Below are positions 54,696 through 64,000 of a DNA stretch of 64,000 bases, piece by piece. Position numbers and translations under genes: made by a program. How positions within the stretch are numbered: the first letter of the stretch is position 1; the number at the start of each line of letters is the position of its first letter. The stretch is from the NCBI GenBank assembly GCA_963798845.1, contig CAWCUS010000003.1, forward strand, positions 1 to 64,000, given 5' to 3'. Origin of the DNA: an uncultured Gemmatimonadales bacterium. GTDB taxonomy: Bacteria > Gemmatimonadota > Gemmatimonadetes > Longimicrobiales > RSA9. Below the pieces are notes generated by a model. That model worked only from the letters and a program-made list of their open reading frames with translations, searched no databases and was not told the DNA's origin.

Positions 54696-56534
54696 ATGAA
54701 ACGGAATCGGCTACGCCGCCGCTGGCGCCGCGCCCTCCTCCGGGGGGCGGGGCTGTGGCAGCGTTTCGTGGAATGGTTCAACGGCCTCAACCTCGCCGAG
54801 GACAACATCCTCCTCGTCTTCGGCGTGGCCGTGGGCGTCGTCGGCGCGCTGGGAGTCATCGTCTTCTTCCACCTGATCGATCTCGCCTTCGACCTCTTCT
54901 ATCGCTGGCTCCCCTCCGAGCTGCCGCACCCCGACATGCCGTTCTACCGGCCGTTCCTCACCGCGATCGGCTTCGCGGCGGCTACCTGGGTGGTCCAGCG
55001 TGCCACGCGGCCTACGGACAAGCGTCCGAAGTCCGCCCAGCTCATTCCGCTGGTGCAGGTGGCCGTGGCACGGAACGACGGCAAGCTCCCGTTCAAGAGC
55101 ACGGTGGCCCGGATCATCGCCGCCATCTTCACACTCGGAAGCGGTGGGACGGCGGGAAGCGAAGGGCCGCTCGGGGTGGTGGGCGCCACTGCCGGGTCCT
55201 ACTTCGGCCGCGCGTTCCGCTTCGACGCGAGCCGCGTCAAGGTGCTGGTCGCGGCCGGCGCCGGCGCGGGCATCTCTGCCGCGTTCAACACGCCGCTCGG
55301 CGGCGCGTTTTTCGCCTTGGAAGAGATCCTCGGCGGCTTCGCGGTTTCCACGTTCGCCCCGGTGGTGGTGGCAAGCGTGGTTGCCGCGGTCATCTCCAGG
55401 TCCGTCTTCGGGGACCACCCCGCGATCGTGATCCCCATGGAGTACGGGTATCACGGTGTGCAGGAGGTGGTGTTCTTCTTCCCGCTCCTGGGCATCCTCG
55501 CGGGGCTCACGGTGGTGCTGTTCGTCAAGGTGTTCTTCGGCGTCGAGGAGCTCCGCGAGCGGATCCGCATCCCTCCGGCCGCCATCCCGTGGGTGGGCGG
55601 GTTCCTGGTCGGGCTGCTCGTGCTGGCTTCCCGGGGCATGCTGACCGGCTACGGCCACCTGGCGATCCGCCTCGACACCATGGCCCACCTGAGCGCGGGC
55701 GCCCTCCTGCTCCTCTGTCTCGGCCAGATCCTGGGCAACTCCCTCACGCTCAACACCGGCGGCTCCGGCGGTGTGTTCGCCCCTTCCCTCTTCGTGGGAG
55801 CCACGCTCGGCGCCTCCTACGGCGTGGCGCTGAAGGGGCTTTTCCCCTCCATGCCGCTCCAGCCGGAGGCGTATGCGCTCGTGGGCATGGGGAGCGTGTT
55901 CGCGGCCGCCACGGACGCCCCGCTCGCCGCCGTGCTCATGGTCTTCGAGATGACCAACGACTACGCCATCGTTCTCCCGCTCATGCTGGCCGTGGTGCTG
56001 AGCTACAACGTCGCCAAGCGGCTGGAGCCGGACTCCCTCTACAGCGGCTGGCTGCGACGACGGGGCGAGAGCCTCGAGCACGGCGTCGCCCGCGACGTCC
56101 TGGCCACGCTCACCGTCCGTAACGCCATGGAGGAGAACCCGCAGGTCATCGGGGAGAGTGCGTCCGTGAGCCAGATGATGGAGCACCTGGGGCGGGGCGA
56201 GCAGACCGATTACCCCGTGGTGGACGGGCAGCTCCGGGTCACCGGGCTCCTCCGGATCGGCGAGATCGGCCGCGTCGCCCGCGACCAGGCAGCCCTCGGA
56301 CCACTCCTCCTCGCCTCCGATATCGCCGACCCCGTCGAGACCGTCACTCCCGACGACACCCTCCTGGCCGCCATCCGCCGCATGGGCACCCGCGGCACCG
56401 GCATGCTCCCCGTGGTAGACCCGGTGAGCAATCGGCTGGTCGGCGTGGTCACCCGCGCCGCCATCCTGGCGCTCTACGAGAAGCAGGTGGCCGAGGAGGC
56501 CGCGGAGGGGCGGCCGGCCGACCCGCTGGAGTAG
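54696..56534 (+). CDS. CLC chloride channel/transporter with two CBS domains
   Basis: GSEGP, AAFNTPLGG, FALEE, SGGVFAP, FEMTNDY; CBS motifs YPVVD and LPVVD. Confidence 0.92.
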   Translation: MKRNRLRRRWRRALLRGAGLWQRFVEWFNGLNLAEDNILLVFGVAVGVVGALGVIVFFHLIDLAFDLFYRWLPSELPHPDMPFYRPFLTAIGFAAATWVVQRATRPTDKRPKSAQLIPLVQVAVARNDGKLPFKSTVARIIAAIFTLGSGGTAGSEGPLGVVGATAGSYFGRAFRFDASRVKVLVAAGAGAGISAAFNTPLGGAFFALEEILGGFAVSTFAPVVVASVVAAVISRSVFGDHPAIVIPMEYGYHGVQEVVFFFPLLGILAGLTVVLFVKVFFGVEELRERIRIPPAAIPWVGGFLVGLLVLASRGMLTGYGHLAIRLDTMAHLSAGALLLLCLGQILGNSLTLNTGGSGGVFAPSLFVGATLGASYGVALKGLFPSMPLQPEAYALVGMGSVFAAATDAPLAAVLMVFEMTNDYAIVLPLMLAVVLSYNVAKRLEPDSLYSGWLRRRGESLEHGVARDVLATLTVRNAMEENPQVIGESASVSQMMEHLGRGEQTDYPVVDGQLRVTGLLRIGEIGRVARDQAALGPLLLASDIADPVETVTPDDTLLAAIRRMGTRGTGMLPVVDPVSNRLVGVVTRAAILALYEKQVAEEAAEGRPADPLE

Positions 56535-56535
56535 C

Positions 56536-56643
56536 GGAGCCGCGGAGAAATCCGGAGCCGTTGAGAAATCCGTAGCGGCGGAGAAACCCGGAGCCGCGGA
56601 GAAATCCGGAGCCGCGGAGAAATCCGGAGCCGCTGAGAACACC
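56536..56643. repeat. 18-bp tandem repeat (GGAGCCGCGGAGAAATCC) x6
   Basis: Directly visible, three identical and three variant units. Confidence 0.9.
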
Positions 56644-56723
56644 GGACCACCCAGAGGCGCGGACCGCGCAGGGGAATCCCGGGATCCCGCGGTCCCGATC
56701 TCAGGTACAGACCGGCGGTCCGT

Positions 56724-57647
56724 TCAGCGGTTCCGCTCGACCCTCCCCGAATTCTCCCGGATCACCGTCTCACGCAGCCGCACTGCGTCCTCGTCGGGCT
56801 CGATGCCATGGCCGCGGCGCCGGGCGTAGACCTGGGTGAACTCGGCGCCCATGAGGAAGATCATGGAAGAGTAGTAAACCCACAGTAGGAGGATGGCGAG
56901 TGAACCGGCGGCGCCGTACGCGCCGCCCGGATGGCTGCGTCCGATGTAGAATGCGATGAGGAATCGGCCGATCACGAACAGGACGGTGGCGGCGAGGGCG
57001 CCGTGCCACACGTCGCCCCAGCGGACCCTGGCGTCGGGGAGCACCTTGTATACGGCCATGAACCCGATGGTGATGACCACTACCGAGGCGGCGAGGTCGA
57101 CCACCCACACCGTGACCTGGCCGAAGCCGCCGGGCATCACGGAAGCGGCGGCGCTACCGGCGGAGCTGAGGAGCGTGCCCACCACGATGGAGGCGAGCAG
57201 CAGGGCGGCTACGCCGAGGATCATCCCGAAAGACAGCGCGCGCTGAACGGCGAATCGGATCAGCCCGCTCTTCTTCGGGTCCTTCTGCACTTCCCACGCT
57301 TCGTTCAGCGCCGTCTGGATCTGGGCGAACGCGGTGGTGGCGCCGAAGATGAGCCCGGCAAGACTCAGCCCGGTGGCGAGCACGCTTCCGCCCCCGGCCC
57401 GGCGCGCGTTCCCGATCATGGACGCCACCGCCCGCGCGCCCGACTGCCCCATCACCGTCCCGATCTGCTTGACGAGCTGTCCCTGCACTTCCTGCTCGCT
57501 CATGAACAGCCCGGCCACCGTGACGACGATGATGACCAGCGGAGGGAGCGAGAAGACCGTGTAGTAGGAGAGCGCGGCCGCCATGCGCGGGGCGTCGTCG
57601 TCGAAGAACTCGTGGACCGTTTCCTTGACGAGGGCAAGATTGCTCAT
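56724..57647 (-). CDS. YihY/virulence factor BrkB family membrane protein
   Basis: AAALSYYTVFSLPP, ALNEAW, YKVLP, YGAAGSL..LLLWVYYS. Confidence 0.92.
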   Translation of the reverse strand: MSNLALVKETVHEFFDDDAPRMAAALSYYTVFSLPPLVIIVVTVAGLFMSEQEVQGQLVKQIGTVMGQSGARAVASMIGNARRAGGGSVLATGLSLAGLIFGATTAFAQIQTALNEAWEVQKDPKKSGLIRFAVQRALSFGMILGVAALLLASIVVGTLLSSAGSAAASVMPGGFGQVTVWVVDLAASVVVITIGFMAVYKVLPDARVRWGDVWHGALAATVLFVIGRFLIAFYIGRSHPGGAYGAAGSLAILLLWVYYSSMIFLMGAEFTQVYARRRGHGIEPDEDAVRLRETVIRENSGRVERNR

Positions 57648-57730
57648 GGGCGTCGAGTCGGCGCTCCCGGGGCGTGATTCCATCCAGCGATCCCGGGATG
57701 GACGCAGAAACGAGGCCGGCGCCCCAGCCG

Positions 57731-58216
57731 CTACCGGCTCGCCTTGACCTTCCGGAACACTTCCGCGAAGCCCTCCACGTCGGCCTGGCTGAAGGCCTCC
57801 GTCGCTGGCTGGTCGTCGACGCTGAAGCTGTCGTCGAGCCGCCGATCCGGATCGGTGAACACGAACCGCATCTTCCCGTCCTCCCAGCGGATGTCCTGGA
57901 CATCCGCCACCGCGTAGCGGGCGCGGAACCGGAGGGCCTTGCCCACCGTCTTCTGCACGAGACCGCCGATGAAGCCGGGGGCGTCCTCGGCGTCCGTGGA
58001 CGAGTCCACCTGCGCCCGTGCCGCCTGTACCACGCTGTCCGAAAGGGCGAAGTACACGAACTCCGGAGTCAACCCCATCTTCACACCGCCGTCGCGGCTG
58101 TGGATGGCATACATGTCCGGGCCGAGGTCGCTGCCACCGAAGTCGACGTCGGGCCGGTCCCGATCACCGCATGCAGCCAGCGGCACCAGCAGGGCGAGGG
58201 CGAGGAAGCGCTTCAT
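57731..58216 (-). CDS. Hypothetical lipoprotein
   Basis: MKRFLALALLVPLAAC lipobox; AGGAG RBS. Confidence 0.75.
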   Translation of the reverse strand: MKRFLALALLVPLAACGDRDRPDVDFGGSDLGPDMYAIHSRDGGVKMGLTPEFVYFALSDSVVQAARAQVDSSTDAEDAPGFIGGLVQKTVGKALRFRARYAVADVQDIRWEDGKMRFVFTDPDRRLDDSFSVDDQPATEAFSQADVEGFAEVFRKVKASR

Positions 58217-58378
58217 GATCCGTTCTCCTGGCGGAGGGCCCATTCCTATGGAGTAGTAGAGCGGCGGCGGGATTGGCGCCAGGGCTCCGGCCGGCCGCGT
58301 GCGACGCGGGGGCGGGACGGGGGCGGCGGCCGTGCGGCGCGCGATTGTCGCCCGCGGACGCTGCGTCGATATTCGGGC

Positions 58379-59500
58379 ATGGCGAAGAGATCGGGAGCGG
58401 CGGACCTGCCGCTGCACGGGGGGAAGGCGCCGCGCTGGCTGTTCGACCGGATGCGCTCGCTGGCGCCGGCGGTGGTGGAGGCCATCGTCGCCGAGTATGG
58501 CCCGGGCGAGGTGCTGCGGCGGCTGTCGGACCCCTGGTGGTTCCAGGCGTTCGGCTGCGTGCTGGGGTTCGACTGGCATTCCAGCGGTGTGACCACCACC
58601 GTGTGCGGCGCGCTGAAGGCCGGGCTGGGGGGGCGGGGCATGGACACCGGGATCTGGGTGGCGGGCGGGAAGGGCCGCGCATCGCGCCAGACGCCGGCGG
58701 AGCTCACGGCCATTGCCGACCGGCTCGGCCTCGACGGAGAGCGGCTGGTCTACAACAGCCGGATGAGCGCCAAGGTGGACAGCGCTGCTGTACAGGACGG
58801 CTTCGGCCTCTACCACCACTCCTTCTTCCTGACCTCCACGGGCGAGTGGGCCGTGGTGCAGCAGGGGATGCGGGAGATGGACCGCTCGGCCCGTCGCTAT
58901 CACTGGCTGGGGGAGCGCGTCACCGACATGGTGCGCGAGCCCCACGCGGCCATCGCCAGCGAGCGCTCCGGTTGCCGCGTGCTCGACCTGACAGCCGCCG
59001 CCTCCGACCGGGCGCGCGCGGCGGTAGCCGACCTCGCGCGCGAATCCCCGGACCGGATCGCCCGCGAAGTGGACCGTCTCACGATCCTGGAGATGCCGCG
59101 CGGCCACGCCGTGGACCTGCGTCGCGACGTGGACCCGAAGCACCTCCACAAGGTGCTCACGTCCACCTATGCCGCCGCGCCCGCCACGTTCGAGGAGGTG
59201 CTCGGCGTCCGCGGGGTCGGCGCGAAAGGGGTGCGCGCGCTGGTCCTCCTGGCCGAGCTCCTCTACGGCGCTCCCGCCAGTGCCCGCGACCCCGCCCGCT
59301 TCTCCTTCGCCCACGGAGGAAAGGACGGCCACCCGTACCCAGTGGACCGCGCCACGTACGACAACACCATCGAGTTCCTGCGCACGGCGGTTGCAGGGGC
59401 GCGGGTGGGGCGCACCGAACGGGTGCACGCACTGAAACGCCTTTCGAGGCTGGACCAGGAGGCGGACTGGAAGACGGGAGCGGAATCGACAGGGCGGTGA
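58379..59500 (+). CDS. DUF763 domain-containing protein
   Basis: ADLPLHGGKAPRWL, DWHSSGVTT, AKVDSAAVQDG, FAHGGKDGHPYPVD. Confidence 0.92.
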   Translation: MAKRSGAADLPLHGGKAPRWLFDRMRSLAPAVVEAIVAEYGPGEVLRRLSDPWWFQAFGCVLGFDWHSSGVTTTVCGALKAGLGGRGMDTGIWVAGGKGRASRQTPAELTAIADRLGLDGERLVYNSRMSAKVDSAAVQDGFGLYHHSFFLTSTGEWAVVQQGMREMDRSARRYHWLGERVTDMVREPHAAIASERSGCRVLDLTAAASDRARAAVADLARESPDRIAREVDRLTILEMPRGHAVDLRRDVDPKHLHKVLTSTYAAAPATFEEVLGVRGVGAKGVRALVLLAELLYGAPASARDPARFSFAHGGKDGHPYPVDRATYDNTIEFLRTAVAGARVGRTERVHALKRLSRLDQEADWKTGAESTGR

Positions 59501-60723
59501 TCGCCCTCGGGTTCGCCCGGATGGCGGACGCGGTGGCGAATTCCTTCCTTGTGGTCGTGCTCCCGCTGTACATCGCGAGCACGCACGTCACCGGCACGGC
59601 GCTCGGGCTCAGCGACTCCGCGATCACAGGCGTGATCCTGGCCGCATTCGGCATCTTCAACGCCCTCATGCAGCCGTTCGCCGGCCGCATGTCGGACCGT
59701 GCCGGGAAACGCAAGCTGTTCGTGCTCGGCGGACTGATCGCGCTGGCCGGCTTCAACGCCCTCTACGGCTTTGCGGCCAGCTACCTCGCGCTCCTCGCCA
59801 TCCGAATCGGTCAGGGGCTCTGCGTAGCGTTCACCATCACCGCCACCGTGGCGCTCGTGAACGAGATCAGCACCCGCGAGAATCGGGGCGCGAACATGGG
59901 CGTGTACAACTCGCTGCGCCTCGTGGGCTTCGGCGTGGGGCCGCTCGCAGCCGGGTTCGTCGTCTCCAGCGGACCGTACGATGTGCTCGGCATGCGCTTC
60001 ACCGGCTTCGATGGCGCGTTCGCCATCGCCACCGTGGGCGCGCTGGTCGGCGCGGTGCTCGTTCTCGTCCTGGTGCACGACCCGGAGAGCACGACGGCCA
60101 CGCCGCGTCGCGTCGAGATCTCCGTCCGCTCCGCCGAGCCGGGCCACGTGCTCGACCCCCTTTTCACGCTCGGCCTGGCGACGCTGGTCATGGCCGGCTG
60201 CATCGCCCTGCTTGCGTCCATCGAGCCCCACGTCAACGCCCACCTGCACCAGGGGCCGCGCTGGTTCGGCATCCAGTTCGCCGTGTTCATCCTGTCGCTT
60301 GCGGTCGCGCAGCCGTTCATCGGCAAGCTCAGCGACCGGTGGGGCCGTCGCGGCTTCATCATCGTCGGGCTCATGCTGCTGGCGCCCACCACCCTGGCAC
60401 AGGGCCTGGTGGGCTCCTCCTGGGGGATGCTCGGCGCCCGTCTCGCCCAGGGACTCGCCGGCGCCATGGTCTTCGCGCCCGCCCTCGCACTCGGCGGCGA
60501 CCTCGCTGCCGCCGGACAGTCCGGACTCCAGCTCGCCATCCTCACCATGTCCTTCGGCCTCGGCCTCTCCGCCGGGCAGCTGGCTGCGGGCTTTCTCGTC
60601 GGATTGGGCTACATTGTCCCGTTCGCCATCGGCGCCGGCCTCGCTCTCGTGGCCGCGCTCGTCGTCCGCGCGGAAGTGGTGGCGCCGCCGAAGGCGGAAA
60701 CGGGACCTGAGAACGGAGGTTGA
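59497..60723 (+). CDS. MFS transporter
   Basis: GRMSDRAGKRK, GKLSDRWGRR, about 12 TM helices; GTGA overlap. Confidence 0.9.
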   Translation: MIALGFARMADAVANSFLVVVLPLYIASTHVTGTALGLSDSAITGVILAAFGIFNALMQPFAGRMSDRAGKRKLFVLGGLIALAGFNALYGFAASYLALLAIRIGQGLCVAFTITATVALVNEISTRENRGANMGVYNSLRLVGFGVGPLAAGFVVSSGPYDVLGMRFTGFDGAFAIATVGALVGAVLVLVLVHDPESTTATPRRVEISVRSAEPGHVLDPLFTLGLATLVMAGCIALLASIEPHVNAHLHQGPRWFGIQFAVFILSLAVAQPFIGKLSDRWGRRGFIIVGLMLLAPTTLAQGLVGSSWGMLGARLAQGLAGAMVFAPALALGGDLAAAGQSGLQLAILTMSFGLGLSAGQLAAGFLVGLGYIVPFAIGAGLALVAALVVRAEVVAPPKAETGPENGG

Positions 60724-60726
60724 CTC

Positions 60727-61098
60727 GTGCGCTTCCTGCTTCGTCTGCTCGCAACCGCCGCCGCCCTCTGGGTGGCCGTGCTCCTCATCCCCGGGATCGG
60801 CTATACGGGCGGATGGGCCGGCTTGCTCGGAGTGGCCCTGGTGTTCGGCTTCGTCAACGCGATCATCCGGCCGATCCTGAAGCTCCTGACCTGCCCGCTC
60901 GTGATCCTCACGCTCGGCCTCTTCGTCTTCATCCTCAACGCCTTCCTGCTCTGGCTCACGGCCCAGTTCGCCCAGGCGCTCGGACTCGCCTTCTACGTCC
61001 ACGGCTTCTGGGCGGCGCTCGTCGGCGCGCTGCTCGTGGGCATCGTGAGCACGGTGCTGAACCTGTTCGTCGGGAATACGGAGAAGGGGAAGGACTGA
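60727..61098 (+). CDS. YvlD/DUF360 'phage holin family' 4-TM membrane protein
   Basis: VNAIIRPILKLLTCPLVILTLGLF..ILNA. Confidence 0.9.
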   Translation: MRFLLRLLATAAALWVAVLLIPGIGYTGGWAGLLGVALVFGFVNAIIRPILKLLTCPLVILTLGLFVFILNAFLLWLTAQFAQALGLAFYVHGFWAALVGALLVGIVSTVLNLFVGNTEKGKD

Positions 61099-61201
61099 CC
61101 GGGGAAACCGCGCCTGGCCCCGCGTCCCCCTCCTTTCCGGCGTGCATCTTGACGCCTGGACGCTCGCACGCCTTCTTATCCCCGCATCCCGAACCGGGCC
61201 G

Positions 61202-61516
61202 ATGACCGATCCGACGATACAGGACCGCGCAGACGAGCAGCGCTTCGTCGCCGAAGTGGACGGGCACGAGGCGGAGCTCGAGTATGCCCGCGAAGGGGGT
61301 CGTCTGCGCCTGATCCACACCTCCGTTCCGGAAGCGGTGGAAGGCAGGGGCGTGGGGAGCGCGCTCGCCCGCCACGCCCTCGACCGGGCCCGGGAGCAGG
61401 GGCTGACCGTCTGGCCGGACTGTCCCTTCGTCGCCGCCTGGATCGAGCGTCACCCGGACTACCAGGACCTGGTCGATCCCGGGTTTCCCCGCCGCAAGGA
61501 GCTCGGTGCCGACTGA
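61202..61516 (+). CDS. Small GNAT-family N-acetyltransferase (YjdJ-like)
   Basis: HTSVPEAVEGRGVGSAL, PDCPFVAAWIERHPDY. Confidence 0.9.
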   Translation: MTDPTIQDRADEQRFVAEVDGHEAELEYAREGGRLRLIHTSVPEAVEGRGVGSALARHALDRAREQGLTVWPDCPFVAAWIERHPDYQDLVDPGFPRRKELGAD

Positions 61517-63012
61517 TGCGCGTCTGCCTCCTCACGTACGACGACCGCCCGCTCGACTCTCCCCACTCCGACACGGTCAAGGCCGACCCCAGACCGTTCC
61601 TGCCGGAAGCGGAGTGGGACGTGGCCGAGCTCGAGAAGACCACTTCCGTCGCCGACGTGATCCGCCTCACACGCGAGCCCTACGACCTGTTCTTCAACTT
61701 CTGCGATGGCGCATGGGACGCCGACGCACCAGGCATCGAGGTCGTTCAGGCGCTCGAGCGCGCTGACGTCCCGTTCACCGGGGCCACGTCGGAGTTCTAC
61801 GAGCCGTCGCGCGAGGCCATGAAGCGCGTCTGCGCGGCCTGGCAGATCGACACGCCCGGCTACGTGATCGCCACGGGCGACGCCGGCATCGAACGAGCGG
61901 CGGACACGCTCCGCTTCCCGCTCATCGCGAAGCACCCGAGCAGCTACAGCAGCATCGGCATGACGCGGGACTCCCGACTGGAGGACGCCGCAGCGCTGCG
62001 CGGGCAGGCCGCGAAGATGATCGGGCGCTTCGGCGGCGTCCTGATCGAGGAGTTCATCGAGGGCGGCGAGGCCACGGTGCTGGTGGCCGAGAACCCCGCG
62101 GACCCCGCCTCGCCCACCGCGTTCACGCCCATCGCCTATCGCTTCCCCGATGGGGAGACCTTCAAGCATTTCGACCTGAAGTGGCATGATTACCATGGCC
62201 TGCGCGCATACCCTGTCGAGGACGGCGAGCTGGCCGACCTCCTGAGCGAGCTCTCCGTCCGCATGTTCACCGGCCTCAACGGCGCCGGCTACGGCCGCTG
62301 CGACCTCCGCATCGACAGGGACGGGCGGCCGTTCATGCTGGAAATCAACCCGAACTGCGGCATCTACTATCCCGCCAGCGACCCGGGGAGCGCCGACCTC
62401 TGCCTCCTCCACGACCCCGCCGGACACGCGGGCTTCACGCGACAGATCGTCGAGGCCGCTTTCCAGGGGGCCGACCGGCGACGCCGGGGGTGGCAGGTGC
62501 GCCCGACCGGGCCGGGGCATTACGGCCTCTTCGCCACACGCGCCTTCGAGCACGGCGAGACCGTCGTCCGCTTCGAGGAGCAGCCCCACACGCTGGTGAC
62601 GCGCTCGCGGGTGGAACGAGAGTGGGACCGGCGCGCGATCGACTGGTTCCGCCGCTACGCGTGGCCGCTCACCGACGAGGTCTGGATCATCTGGTCCCGC
62701 GACCCGGAGCAGTGGCGCCCCGTCAACCATTCGTGCGAGCCGACCACCTGGCTCGACGGCCTCGACCTCACCGCCAGGCTCCCCCTCGACCCCGGCGACG
62801 AGATCACCGTCGACTACGCCACGTACAGCAACGAGCTCATGCCGGCGTTCGACTGCAGCTGCGGCGCCGAGAGCTGCCGCGGCACGATCCGGGGAACCGA
62901 CTACCTCTCCCACGCCGTCGCGCGCTACGGCGATCACGTCTCCGAGTACGTCCGCCTGCGACGCCAGCAGGCCGGGAGCCAGAGGATCCGACGTCGGCGC
63001 GCCGCCCCGTGA
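61516..63012 (+). CDS. D-Ala-D-Ala-ligase-like ATP-grasp domain fused to SET + post-SET domain
   Basis: VPFTG, PLIAKH...SSIG, LIEEFIEG.E, YGRCDLR, LEINPNCG; then YGLFATR, NHSCEP, GDEITVDY, CSCGAESCRG. Confidence 0.88.
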   Translation: MRVCLLTYDDRPLDSPHSDTVKADPRPFLPEAEWDVAELEKTTSVADVIRLTREPYDLFFNFCDGAWDADAPGIEVVQALERADVPFTGATSEFYEPSREAMKRVCAAWQIDTPGYVIATGDAGIERAADTLRFPLIAKHPSSYSSIGMTRDSRLEDAAALRGQAAKMIGRFGGVLIEEFIEGGEATVLVAENPADPASPTAFTPIAYRFPDGETFKHFDLKWHDYHGLRAYPVEDGELADLLSELSVRMFTGLNGAGYGRCDLRIDRDGRPFMLEINPNCGIYYPASDPGSADLCLLHDPAGHAGFTRQIVEAAFQGADRRRRGWQVRPTGPGHYGLFATRAFEHGETVVRFEEQPHTLVTRSRVEREWDRRAIDWFRRYAWPLTDEVWIIWSRDPEQWRPVNHSCEPTTWLDGLDLTARLPLDPGDEITVDYATYSNELMPAFDCSCGAESCRGTIRGTDYLSHAVARYGDHVSEYVRLRRQQAGSQRIRRRRAAP

Positions 63013-63200
63013 CGCCAGGAGCGGAGCCGCGGCACGATGCGGGGCGACGACCCGTGTGATCTGCTCGTGAACGCGCCCTGGCGCGTCCCGGGTAACCGGT
63101 CCGGAGCGGGGGCGCCGCAGTTGACGGGCGCGGACCCCGCCGCGACGATCGGTGTACCGCTTTTCGGCGATCTCCGGACGTCCCCCCGAACCCGAGCGAC

Positions 63201-64000
63201 ATGAGCGAGACGATTGCCGCGGCTTCCGCCGCGCCTGCCGAGGAATTCCACGACGACATCATCTACCCGGCCGCGATCCCGTTCCTCGTGGTCCACCTCT
63301 CCGCCCTGGCGGCCATCTGGACGGGCGTCACGGTGGGCACCGTGGTGGCCTGCATCGCGCTCTACGTGGTGCGGATGATCATCGAAACCGCCGCCTACCA
63401 CCGCTACTTCTCGCACCGCTCGTTCAAGACCAGCCGCATCGGTCAGTTCGTGATGGCGTTCCTGGCCCAGACATCGCTCCAGCGAGGCGTGATCTGGTGG
63501 GCCGCGATCCACCGGCACCACCACAAGCACTCGGACACCGTGCTGGACGTCCATTCTCCCAGGCAACGGAGCTTCCTCTACTCCCACGTGGGCTGGATCT
63601 TCTCCAACAGGAAGGATACGCCGGACTACTCGGTGGTCCAGGACCTGACCGCGTATCCCGAGCTGCGATTTCTGGAGAGGTTCCACCACCTGCCGTGGGT
63701 GATCGCGGGAACGGTGGTGTTCCTGATCGGCGGGTGGACGGCGCTGGTGGTGAGCTGGATCTGGAGCACCATCCTGCTCTATCACGGCTCCTTCTCCATC
63801 AACTCCCTGGCCCACGTGCACGGGCGCCAGCGCTATGTCACGGGGGACGATTCCCGCAACAACTGGTGGCTCGCGATCATCACGATGGGCGAGGGTTGGC
63901 ACAACAACCATCACGCCTACCAGAGCTCCACGCGGCAGGGGTTCCGCTGGTACGAGTGGGACCTGACCTATTACACGCTCAAGGCACTCTCCTGGATCGG
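63201..64000 (+). CDS. Acyl-CoA (delta-9-like) fatty acid desaturase, truncated by window end
   Basis: Not in the ORF track. Manual translation shows His boxes YHRYFSH, HRHHH and GEGWHNNHH. Confidence 0.92.
   Translation, partial: MSETIAAASAAPAEEFHDDIIYPAAIPFLVVHLSALAAIWTGVTVGTVVACIALYVVRMIIETAAYHRYFSHRSFKTSRIGQFVMAFLAQTSLQRGVIWWAAIHRHHHKHSDTVLDVHSPRQRSFLYSHVGWIFSNRKDTPDYSVVQDLTAYPELRFLERFHHLPWVIAGTVVFLIGGWTALVVSWIWSTILLYHGSFSINSLAHVHGRQRYVTGDDSRNNWWLAIITMGEGWHNNHHAYQSSTRQGFRWYEWDLTYYTLKALSWI

Noticed and set aside
60727..61098. Prophage implied by the 'phage holin' gene
   Set aside because: The YvlD/DUF360 family is a common chromosomal gene, and no phage genes are nearby.

Overview
Very GC-rich bacterial chromosomal segment, densely coding with about 55 genes on both strands. 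I found no rRNA, tRNA, CRISPR array, transposase or prophage. An ADOP-type orphan permease, VPS10/BNR propeller proteins and DUF4097/DUF2911 proteins suggest Gemmatimonadota or a similar lineage (inference). Recognisable content: a RES/Xre-type toxin-antitoxin pair behind a 17-bp repeat array; an HD-GYP regulator with a hybrid kinase; a Trx-VKOR fusion; a Moco accessory cluster (CoxS-like, MocA, split XdhC); ThiI; a two-subunit NAD-linked formate dehydrogenase; an L,D-transpeptidase; CtpA; a TreT-like glycosyltransferase; two divergent CLC genes; and a desaturase running off the window end. Best candidates for uncharacterised systems: (1) a GNAT coupled to an ATP-grasp ligase fused to a SET methyltransferase domain (61202-63012); (2) a QEGLA/DUF1704 metallopeptidase plus GshB-like ligase operon with a sigma54-type promoter (42013-45031); (3) an ATL + degenerate Nudix + small helical protein operon; (4) the divergent CLC pair with complementary non-canonical motifs. 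All calls come from motif recognition by eye; no searches were run.
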